A stretch of DNA of 64,000 nucleotides, taken from Octopus vulgaris. Its lineage: Eukaryota. The stretch lies in assembly GCA_951406725.2 (NCBI GenBank), contig OX597818.1:61380001-61444000 (forward strand), read 5' to 3'. Shown piece after piece: positions 53,858 to 64,000 of this stretch. The notes beneath the pieces were generated by a model. It searched no databases, was not told where the DNA came from, and was given only the letters and a program-made list of their open reading frames with translations. Each line of letters begins with the position of its first letter. Position 1 is the stretch's first letter. The position numbers and the translations under genes are program-made.

Positions 53858-55068
53858 AGCTGAATATATTACAAATCTTTAATCTTATATCTGAGAAATC
53901 AACCTGCAGATGGGGGGAAGTTAATGTCACTAAGTCAAAATACACCAAATAAACAAAAATAATGATTAATATAATTTCATAACTTACATATGAATTTATA
54001 CAAAACCATGATTTACTTCTAATATGAAACAGGTGGAGGATCACTCAAAATATAACTCTACGCTATATACTAATTGGTTTAACACAAACTTATTGAAAAT
54101 TGATGCAGTTGTTTGTGATAATACAAGAAAACATGTCACCTTTAATGTAGCACTACTTTACTATTTGCAATCAAGTTAGAGAGCAAATTTTATTTCTATA
54201 AACTGCATGATGATAATGATGATATTTTCAATAAATAGATTCATAATCTTTCAATAATCCGAAGAACATATGCAAATCCAAGACTTAGTTTCAAATTACA
54301 ATCTTTCAGCAGCGTAGAAAGCATTAATGCTGATTAAAAACTATCTAACAAGCTGATTATATGTACTTGCAAATATTATTTGCATCTAAAAAGCAGGCAT
54401 ATGATCATGCTTCTCAACCAGAACTGCTGAGCAAAAAACCAAGTTCAGGTTTTTTTTTCACTTGTATAGTTTATATAAAACATCTATAATCCATATTCCA
54501 GATAAATTTGCCTTGAGTGCATTCTTGCCTATCTGACTGTAGACATATCATCCACAAACAGCTTCAACACTTTGTAGTTAGATAGGCTAATTTCCTATAT
54601 AAAGTGACCTTGCAAGCATCCTGTAATGGGAGATGCAGAAATCTACTAACGTGATATAACATTTGCTGATGCACAGATGTGGAGTCGGTTAATAAAAGAA
54701 ATGTTTACATCAAAAAGAAAATATATCAAAACATCACACTTTCGTTGCTCATGAAAAACATAAATTATATAATTATCTACAATGCTCCACACCTATCTCT
54801 CATGATCCAGTCTATGATGTCAAATTTGCTTACATCAAGAAAAAGGAAGAACAATCTTAAAAGCAACCAAAAGGGTTGTTGCTTCCAACATCATTTGATT
54901 AAATACGATATGCCAGATTAATCTACACTACAATACTATTCATGTAATACAAATCTCCTACAACACACAAGCTCGTTTTCAGGACCTTGCCACCCATCAA
55001 CTTCTCCCACCTGTTAGAAACACAATTACTCACTCAGATTATTTGCTCCATCACTAAGCTATAAACCC

Positions 55069-55305
55069 TGGCAGAAACGGTGAGCTGGCAGAAATGTTAG
55101 CGCGCAGGGCGAAACGCTTAGCGGTATTTCGTCTGTCGTTACGTTCTGAGTTCATATTCCGCCGAGGTCGACTTTGCCTTTCATCTTTCGGGGTCGATAA
55201 ATAAAGTACCTGTTGCGTACTGGGGTCGATGTAATCGACTTAATCCCTTTGTCTGTCCTTGTTTGTTCCCTCTATGTTTAGCCCTTTGTGGGTAGTAAAG
55301 AAATA
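55069..55305 (+). mobile_element. SINE-C
   Basis: gagctggcagaaatgttagc...gcctttcatctttcggggtcgataa...gtaaagaaata. Confidence 0.9.
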
Positions 55306-55544
55306 TATATCCCCCATCTCTTCTGCTATGGCAATCTTCTCTGTTCACACGAACTTAAAATTGTATTTGTCCCATCCATCTCTTCTTTTGTCATCCATAC
55401 TTAAAAACTTTAAACAATACATTTCTCTTTTAAACACCCTAATATCCACTTTCCATCCAAATTGTGAATTGCCAAACACTTGGCATAACATCTTTAAACC
55501 TAGGAAACTGTACAGAAGCCCATCTGTATATATATATATATATA

Positions 55545-55908
55545 AAACAAGGTGGAAAAAAGAGTACTCAAATACCAGTGGTAGAGTAATATGCTTTATT
55601 TTAAGCAGCAGAAAATTCAACAAAACCTGTTACTCTGAGTTTCCCGTTGCCGTTCATTGGACAGTTTTTGCTTACTCTGAGTTTCCCATTGCCGTTCATC
55701 GGACAGTTTTTGCTAGAATCTAGTTTCCCATTGCCGTTCATCAGACAGTTTTTGCTAGATTCTAGCAAAAACTGTCCGATGAACGGCAACGGGAAACTCA
55801 GAGTAACAAGTTTTGTTGAATTTTCTGCTGCTTTAAATAAAGCATATTACTCTACCTCTGGTATTTGAGTACTCTTTTTCCACCTTGTTTCACATTTATG
55901 TGTTTATT

Positions 55909-55911
<3 letters not shown>
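55545..55911. mobile_element. Palindromic Penelope-type pseudo-LTR (family P1) in a (TA)n tract
   Basis: 55545-55671 is the inverted copy of 55765-55890; two extra ~41-bp tandem copies of the hammerhead-like segment lie at the centre. Confidence 0.75.
55766..55815 (+). ncRNA. Type I hammerhead ribozyme-like motif (variant core)
   Basis: Stem I caaaaactgt/acaagttttg, core CCGATGA, stem II cg-GCAA-cg, GAAA, palindromic stem III ACTC-A-GAGT, GUA cleavage triplet. Three further copies lie on the minus strand at 55621-55754. Confidence 0.6.
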
Positions 55912-55940
<29 letters not shown>

Positions 55941-55945
<5 letters not shown>

Positions 55946-56352
55946 TGGTCTAATCGATAAATATCTGGACTGTTGCCATAGTAACAACTCTAAAGCTTGC
56001 AGGGTGAAGCCAGTTGGCAAAAATTGACCTTGAACTCAGCTGTGCATGTGCACTAAGTTTTAACATTCTAACTCATTTCCACTGTTTACAGCAATGCTCG
56101 GAAGGAAGGTGTGTAGCATGTGATTGTTGCATTGACCATGACAGAGAAATTTGTCATGCTCAGAGGCCTACACAAAGCTACAGAGGAGTGTATGAGCGGT
56201 TCCGATGTTTCCAAGATGCCCCAAAAAAATGTTGATATTGACGAACATTCTGGGAGACCCGCAACCAGCAGAACTGAGAAAAACATCGCAGATGTACATG
56301 CAGCTGTGAGGGGGAATTGCTGAATCCCCATCCATGAGTTATCACAGGAGGA
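55941..56352 (+). mobile_element. 5' fragment of a second mariner family
   Basis: Starts at TA after (TA)n. Translation VDIDEHSGRPATSRTEKNIADVHAAVRGNC*IPIHELSQE matches the mariner GRP linker and HTH2; truncated by SINE-B. Confidence 0.8.
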
Positions 56353-56354
56353 TA

Positions 56355-56502
56355 TGTCCCCGTCACTTAGCAGTTCGGCAAAAAGAGACCGATAGAATAA
56401 GTACTGGGCTTACAAATAAAATAAGTCCTGGGGTCGAGTTGCTCGACTAAAGGCAGTGCTCCAGCATGGCCGCAGTCAAATGACTGAAACAAGTAAAAGA
56501 GT
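56355..56502 (+). mobile_element. SINE-B 3' half
   Basis: tgtccccgtcacttagcagttcggc...aagtaaaagagt. Confidence 0.88.
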
Positions 56503-56770
56503 ATTAGCTAATATGTATTTTTTACATTCCTTATTTTACTTCTGTTTAACTTTTCTATCCATGCAAAAACCAGAAATCAATTATGAAGAAAATTAATTCG
56601 CATAAATTATGTTAAGAGGGTTTTATCGGTATAATCTTGAGGATTTATTTCACTGCTTCACTGAATATTGCTAAGGGATGTAAATTTTGAAGAGAATCTG
56701 CTGCATTTCAAAGTCAGTCAAGCTACAAATCATAGACTGTCATTAGTTGTGTCATGAACTGGTGTTGACC

Positions 56771-58770
56771 CATCATCATCATCATCATCATCATCATTTA
56801 GCGTCCGCTTTCCATGCTAGCATGGGTTGGACGGGTCAACTGGGGTCTGTGAAGCTGGAAGGCTTCGTCAGGCCCAGTCAGATCTGGCAGAGTTTCTACA
56901 GCTGGATGCCCTTCCTAACGCCAACCACTCCGTGAGTGTAGTGGGTGTTTTTTTACGTGCCACCTGCACAGGTGCCAGACAGAGCTGGCAAACGGCCACG
57001 AATGGATGGTGCTTTTACGTGTCACCGGCATGGGGCCAGGCGATGCTGGCAACGGACACGAACGGATGGTGCTTTTACGTGCCACCGACACGGGGCCAGA
57101 CAGAGCTGGCAAACGGCCATGAATGGATGGTGCTTTTACGTGTCACCGGCACGGGGCCAGACAGAGCTGGCAAACGGACACGAATGGATGGTGCTTTTAC
57201 GTGTCACCGGCACGGGGCCAGACAGAGCTGGCAAACGGACACGAATGGATGGTGCTTTTACGTGTCACCGGCACGGGGCCAGACAGAGCTGGCAAACGGA
57301 CACGAATGGATGGTGCTTTTACGTGTCACCGGCACGGGGCCAGACAGAGCTGGCAAACGGACACGAATGGATGGTGCTTTTACGTGTCACCGGCACGGGG
57401 CCAGACAGAGCTGGCAAACGGACACGAATGGATGGTGCTTTTACGTGTCAACGGCACGGGGCCAGGCGATGCTGGCAACGGACACGAACGGATGGTGCTT
57501 TTACGTGCCACCGACACGGGGCCCAGACAAAGCTGGCAAACGGACACGAATGGATGGTGCTTTTACGTGTCACCGGCACGGGGCCAGGCGATGCTGGCAA
57601 ACGGACACGAATGGATGGTGCTTTTACGTGTCACCGGCACGGGGCCAGGCGATGCTGGCAACGGACACGAACGGATGGTGCTTTTACGTGCCACCGACAC
57701 GGGGCCAGACAGAGCTGGCAAACGGCCACGAATGGATGGTGCTTTTACGTGCCACCGACATGGGGCCAGACAGAGCTGGCAAACGGACACGAACGGATGG
57801 TGCTTTTACGTGCCACCGACACGGGGCCAGACAGAGCTGGCAAACGGCCACAAATGGATGGTGCTTTTACGTGCCACCGGCACGGGGCCAGACAGAGCTG
57901 GCAAACGGACACGAATGGATGGTGCTTTTACGTGCCACCGACACGGGGCCAGACAGAGCTGGCAAACGGCCACGAATGGATGGTGCTTTTACGTGTCACC
58001 GACACGGGGCCAGACAGAGCTGGCAAACGGCCACGAATGGATGGTGCTTTTACGTGCCACCGACACGGGGCCAGACAGAGCTGGCAAATGGCCACGAATG
58101 GATGGTGCTTTTACGTGCCACCGACACGGGGCCAGACAGAGCTGGCAAACGGACACGAACGGATGGTGCTTTTACGTGCCACCGACACGGGGCCAGACAG
58201 AGCTGGCAAACGGACACGAACGGATGGTGCTTTTACGTGTCACCGACACGGGGCCAGACAGAGCTGGCAAACGGACACGAACGGACGGTGCTTTTACGTG
58301 TCACCGGCACGGGGCCAGGCGAGAGCTGGCAACGGACACGAACGGATGGTGCTTTTACGTGCCACCGGCACGGGGCCAGACAGAGCTGGCAAACGGCCAC
58401 GAACGGACGGTGCTTTTACGTGTCACCGACACGGTGCCAGGCGAGGCTGGCAACGGACACGAACGGATGGTGCTTTTACGTGTCACCGACACGGGACCAG
58501 ACAGATGCTGGCAAACGGACACGAATGGATGGTGCTTTTACGTGCCACCGACACGGGGCCAGACAGAGCTGGCAAACGGACACGAACGGATGGTGCTTTA
58601 ACGTGCCACCGGCACGGGGCCAGACAGAGCTGGCAACCGGACACGAACGGATGGTGCTTTTACGTGCCACCGACACGGGGCCAGACAGAGCTGGCAAACG
58701 GCCACGAACGGATGGTGCTTTTACGTGCCACCGACACGGGGCCAGACAGAGCTGGCAAACGGACACGAAC
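56771..58770 (-). mobile_element. SINE-A with its 5' hairpin unit expanded into a minisatellite
   Basis: (CAT)n tail and core at 56771-56970, running directly into the tandem array. Confidence 0.9.
56970..58770. repeat. GC-rich minisatellite, 60-62-bp unit x ~30
   Basis: Unit gccagacagagctggcaaacggacacgaatggatggtgcttttacgtgtcaccggcacggg (61 nt, 1-base shift per 60-nt line); variant unit gccaggcgatgctggcaacgg (60 nt). Confidence 0.97.
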
Positions 58771-58864
58771 CCATCTGTTCAAAAAAATGCAATGGTGCTT
58801 CATTTTATAAAAGAAACTGTGATATATAAACAAATTTATTAATACAAGCCAAAAAGTATACTAT

Positions 58865-59239
58865 AGGTGCAGGAATGGCTGTGTGGTAAGTAGCTTGTTT
58901 ACAAACTGCATGGTTCTGGGTTCAGTCCCACTGTGTGGTACCTTTGGCAAGTGTCTTCTACTATAGCCTCGGGCCACCCAAAGTGAGTGGATTTGGTACA
59001 TGGAAACTGAAAGAAGCATGATGTGTGTGTGTGTGTATCTACCCCCTGCCCCCCCCATCGTTTGACAACCAATGCTGGTGTGATTATGTTCCCGTAACTT
59101 AGTGGTTCGGCAAAAGAGACCGATACAATAAGTACTAGGCTTACAAAGTATAAGTCCTGGGGTCGATTTGTTTCACTAAAGGCACTGCTCCAGCATGGTC
59201 ACAGTCAAATGACTGAAACAAATAAAAGAGTAAAAGAAT
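58865..59239 (+). mobile_element. SINE-B
   Basis: Head, core and tail. Confidence 0.9.
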
Positions 59240-59547
59240 ATTGGTAAATTATCATCATTGTTTAACAACCATCTTCCATGCATGACTGGGTAGAACGGTT
59301 CAAAGGAGCTGACCAGGTAGAAGAACTACCCAATGCTAAGGTAATGATTCCAATAAATGTAGTAAATATTAGTATAATTGCAACAATCCATGGTGCATTT
59401 TGCTATTTCCGCTCCTCAAACATAAGCTTTATAGTGTTTAATTTCATAAATCTTGTTTAAAAAGTCATTCCAGAAATTCTAATCTTCATATAATGAAAAA
59501 TATAATCATTAACGTTCCATTATTATTCAACTTTTCAGTTAAATATT

Positions 59548-59870
59548 ATCATCATCATCATCGTTTAACGTCCGTTTTCTGCGCTAGCACGGGTTGGACG
59601 GTTCGACCGGAGTCTGGGAAGCCAGGGCTGCACCAGGCTCCAGTCTGATCTGGCAGTGTTTCTACAGCTGGATGCCCTTCCTAACGCCAACCACTCCGCG
59701 AGTGTAGTGGGTGCTTTTTACGTGCCACCTGCACAGGTGCCAGGGAGGGTCTGACATTGGGCACAATCGGCTGGTGCTTTTAACGTGCCACCGGCATGGA
59801 AGCCAGCCAAGGTGGCGCTGGCATTGGCCACGTTCGGATGGTGCTTTTTATGTGCCACCGACACAGGTAT
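59548..59870 (-). mobile_element. SINE-A with ~3 divergent hairpin units
   Basis: (CAT)n, core and repeated gtgcttttta.gtgccacc. Confidence 0.9.
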
Positions 59871-59977
59871 CACGACTACTATTTTCATTGATATTTGTTT
59901 CGATGTTCGTGTACATGCACTTGACTCAACAGGTCTCCTATTTCAATAAATAATTTATCAATATACTGCATATCTAT

Positions 59978-60175
59978 TTATTCTTTTATTTCAGTAATTT
60001 CACTGTGGGTATGCTGGAGCACTGCCTTTACACAAGCAAACTGACCCCAGGACTTATGCTTTGTAAGCCTAGTACTTATTCTATCGGTCTCTCTTCCCAA
60101 ACTGCTAAGTGACGGGGGACATAAACACATGGCTGTCAAGTGATGTTGGGGAGACAAACACAGACACACAATCAT

Positions 60176-60222
<47 letters not shown>

Positions 60223-60357
60223 AGGCTTCTTTCAGTTTCCATCTACCAAATCCATTCACAAGGCTTTGGTCGACCTGATGCTATAGTACAAGACACTTGT
60301 TCAAGGTGCCATACAGTGGGACTGAACATGGAACCATGTGACTGGTAAACAAGCTAC
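59978..60357 (-). mobile_element. SINE-B
   Basis: Reverse complement of the family consensus. Confidence 0.88.
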
Positions 60358-61326
60358 TGCACCTATCTGAACTAAATATTTTAATTCAAGAAATACAGAG
60401 GTGAATTCAGTAAAAGGTCAAATGCATAATTTTGCTACAAGATCAGCTCCGTGTGTGTGTGTGTGTGTGCGTGTGTGTGTGTGTGTGTGTGCATGTGTGT
60501 GTTGTGCGCATAAACGATGCTATATTAAAATAACAAAATATCCACTGCAGCTACATTACCAGCTATTTAAAACAAGTTGCCTGAATTATATAAGCAAGCA
60601 TTTAAGAAAGATTCACATAAATCTCCAGGGTACAATATCAGCAACAAAACCTCTGATAAATTGATATCAGTAATATGAAAAGTGGCAAGAAAATATGTGA
60701 ACTGGGAATAAAAATGAAGTAAAATTTCTTATACGTGGTGAAAATCTCTAAGTGTGGGTATGCTGAAAAGAGATTGCTATGAACTACAAAATGGTAGGAA
60801 TATGAAGAGTACATAAATTATTAATTTGTTTCATTTCTTAGTTGTAATCTTGAATAAAATTTAAATAAATCTCCAGAAGCAAATTACTTCAGTAAAAATT
60901 TGTAGTCAGGTAAATACTTATCACTAAAAGTAACATTAAAAACTGTATTGACAAGTTCAAGTATATCTCCATAGGTCAGAAAATAAAAAAAAAATTAAAA
61001 ATTAAAAACAAAAAAACTGATGAAGTATGAATAAAAATATAACAGTAAAAAGAAGCTCCAACAATAATATTAAACAAAATACATAAAGGATAAAGTATTT
61101 CCAATAAGGATATCATTATATACATACACACACGTGCATGTGTGTGTGTGCGTGAGAAAGATTGATGTGGTTTGGTTATTTTAAAAATACAACTGTCTTT
61201 TTAAATGAAAGAACCAATGTAAGTCTACAGTTTTTTCAAAAAGAACTTAAAATTTCTTCATACCTTGTTTTTATTTTGAAAATATTAATAATAAAGCTTA
61301 TTTAAATTTATGAAATTAATATATAA

Positions 61327-61737
61327 AGCAGGAGTGGCTGTGTGGTAAGTAGCTTGCTAACCAACCACATGGTTCCGGGTTCAGTCCCACTGCGTGGCAT
61401 CTTGGGCAAGTGTCTTCTGCTATAGCCCCGGGCCCACCAATGCCTTGTGAGTGGATTTGGTAGACAGAAACTGAAAGAAGCCTGTCGTATATATGTATAT
61501 ATATATATATGTGTGTGTATGTGTGTTTGTGTGTCTATGTTTGTCCCCCTAGCATTGCTTGACAACCGATGCTGGTGTGTTTACGTCCCGTCACTTAGCG
61601 GTTTGGCAAAAGAGACCGATAGAATAAGTACTGGGCTTACAAAGAATAAGTCCCGGGGTCGATTTGCTCGACTAAAGGCGGTGCTCCAGCATGGCCGCAG
61701 TCATATGACTGAAACAAGTAAAAGAGTAAAGAGTAAA
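61327..61737 (+). mobile_element. SINE-B, intact
   Basis: Head, central microsatellite and (agagtaa)n tail. Confidence 0.93.
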
Positions 61738-62019
61738 GCATAATGCATTGTTTGAAATAAAACTATAACTAATCTTATGAGGGGGTGGCTCAGCAGGCTG
61801 CAATGGAAGATACCTTTCTACAAGAGTAGCAATTAAAATCGCATCCTTTAAAAACTCCATGCTTCTTGAAATTTGCCAACACTACACCTGATATCACCAC
61901 CTCCGTATCCACACACACATATCTATCGTGACTCATACACTGTTCACTTTCCTGACTTTTGTACATAATTCTATATACTGTACATGCACCTTTGATGAGT
62001 TGTAGTGCACCTGAGCACT

Positions 62020-62405
62020 CATCATCATCATCATTGTTTGGACGATTTGACTGAGGACTGGCGAACCAGATGGCTGCACCAGGCTCCAATCTGATTTGGC
62101 AGACTTTCTACAGCTGAATGCCTTTCCTAATGCCAACTACTCCGAGAGTGTAGTGGGTGCCTTTATGTGCCACTGGCACGAGGGCCAGTCAGGTGGTACT
62201 GGCAATGGCCACACTCAAATGGTGTTTTTTACATGCCACTTGCACAGTAGCCAGAGGCACTGGCAATGACCTCGCTCAAATGTTTTTCATGTGTTACTGG
62301 CACTTGTGCCAGTAATGCGAAGCTGGTAATGATCACGCTCAAATGGTGCCTTTTATGTGCCACCAGCACAGAAGCCAGTCAGCTGCTCTGGCAGCGATCA
62401 CATTC
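62020..62405 (-). mobile_element. SINE-A with 4 diverged hairpin units
   Basis: (CAT)n, core and four gccag-N-ctgg units. Confidence 0.85.
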
Positions 62406-63564
62406 AATAATTTCATTATTATTATTTTAAAATGGTTAAGAACAAATAAAACCTTTATTCTTGCAAAAGACAGAGTGCACAGTCTGAAAAAATTACAATT
62501 TGTCTACTGTATTAGCTGATTATCAGGAAGGACATTGCATGTAAAAATTCAACTAATTAACCAAATATGCAGTTTAGCACAATGACAACTCTGAGTATAA
62601 AACATAAAATAAACACACAAGAAAAAACAAAAAAACTATCAGACAACCTTATCGTAATAGCACTGAAATGTGTATTACAACGTATTGTCCAGATACATTT
62701 ACAAACTGCTCCAAAAAGAAAATAACTTCAGACTGAAATTAAGTAACTTCATGATATCAAATTGTAAACACAAAAGGCAATTTCTATGTAAAGAATTTCA
62801 TAATGTATTCTATAGTATATAGTGGTAAAAACAATTGCTTCTGATGTCACTGTCATTTCTGTAAATACTTATATAAAATATTACATCCTTGAAATCTACA
62901 GGAAAAACTTCCAAACCTACATTTTTTTTTTTTTTTCCTTATTTCTCTACACTTTAAAAGGACATTAGCAGAATTCCAATAATAAACAAAAAAAAAGGTA
63001 TTTAAATTGTGCTGATAGCAGTCCTTGGCAATCATAAGCTAATTTATAAGCTGACCATGTCTTTAGCAGACAATGATATTTCCCTCAATCATGACAGTAA
63101 AGATACAATCAATGAGGTCTGACTCCTCTTTTGTATTCAGTAGTGTATTAAGTATAAACAACCTCAATGGTGTCACGCAATAACCTAATGAAGCCCTCTC
63201 ATAGTTCGCACCACACTAAATTAACCAAACAAATGACATTAGGATACTACTGTGATCATATACCAAAGATATCTGAACAGAATATATTTCTTGTACATTT
63301 AGCACAACATTTACTCTTACATATAGAAACTAGAGATTTATTCCAATTTCTGAAAAATTTGGAACTTGTGGAGTTAATATCTTGGGAATAAGTGTGAGTG
63401 TATATACATAAGCATACATACATTATGAGTATATTTACATAACTGTTTCTAATTTAGGCAAAAGATCAGTAAATTTGAGAGGAGTGGTTTAGATGCCATT
63501 GTTTGAAAGGTTCTTGTATCGAATCCAAGCAAGTTTGGGAAAGAAAACAGAAAAATGATGATAT

Positions 63565-63660
63565 AAGTTAAGTTAAGTTAAGTTAATTTTTTGGCTCAAA
63601 AAGCAAAAGCAAGGCCATGTAGGAGGACATGGAGTTATGTACAGGGAGGGTGTTCATGCA
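63565..63660 (-). mobile_element. Short 5'-truncated retroelement end with an (AACTT)n tail
   Basis: (TAAGT)4 abutting a GC-richer ~75-bp segment. Confidence 0.4.
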
Positions 63661-63775
63661 TATATTTGGTCATCCTATAAATAATACTTCCTTTATTCTT
63701 CAGGATTAAGATAAACATTTTTTTTCATCTAAAATAAACTCCTTCATTTTCTACAATGTATATGTATATATAACG

Positions 63776-63940
63776 GGAAGGTTTACAAAAATAAACAAAA
63801 GATGAAGGCAGGTGGAGTACAAACAAACAATTGTATTAGTATAGCGCTCAGGAATAGAAATAGAAAAAGTCTTTTACGTTTCGAGTCTACGCTCTTCGAC
63901 AGAAAGATACACAGAGAGAAAAAAGGAGAGAAAAAAATGT
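63776..63940 (-). mobile_element. Penelope-type pseudo-LTR (family P2), followed by a SINE-B 3' part running to the window end
   Basis: Minus strand tctttCTGTCGAAGAGcgtagaCTCGAAACGTAaaaga; homologous to 4911-5103. Confidence 0.55.
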
Positions 63941-64000
63941 ATATATATGTGTGTGTGTGTTTGTCCCCCCAACATCGCTTGACAACCAATGCTGGCGTGT

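Noticed and set aside
56970-58770. CRISPR array
   Set aside because: The units are near-identical throughout with no unique spacers, there are no cas genes, and the context is eukaryotic.
56827-58842. 671/621/492-aa ORFs as a protein-coding gene
   Set aside because: They are fully explained by a stop-free 61-nt minisatellite inside a SINE. All three frames are open and the starts lie in repeat sequence.
63565-63586. Interstitial telomere repeat
   Set aside because: The unit is TTAAG rather than TTAGGG and has only four copies; it is more likely a retroelement tail.

Overview
This is a very AT-rich, microsatellite-rich eukaryotic non-coding window. The SINE families look like those of a coleoid cephalopod, probably Octopus (inference from recalled repeat families). 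The + strand is A-rich, consistent with a long intron of a minus-strand gene or with intergenic DNA. No host protein-coding exon can be called with confidence, and almost all ORFs in the track are microsatellite or repeat artefacts. Mobile elements present: four SINE-type families (about 40 copies), non-autonomous Helitrons, TTAA-flanked piggyBac-type MITEs, fold-back MITEs, two mariner remnants, RTE and R4/Dong LINE remnants, and a solo LTR with a 4-bp TSD. Three signals stand out. (1) Short Penelope-type pseudo-LTRs sit in (TA)n tracts and carry hammerhead-ribozyme-like folds, including a ~350-bp palindrome with four hammerhead-like cores (55545-55911). (2) A GAT-tailed retroposon has a 5' region built from ~60-nt hairpin units with conserved stems and variable loops, expanded to ~30 units at 56970-58770, where the + frames carry 492-671 aa ORFs. 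(3) Numerous inverted repeats could form dsRNA. Family labels A-D are my working names, and coordinates are hand-read and may be off by a few bases.
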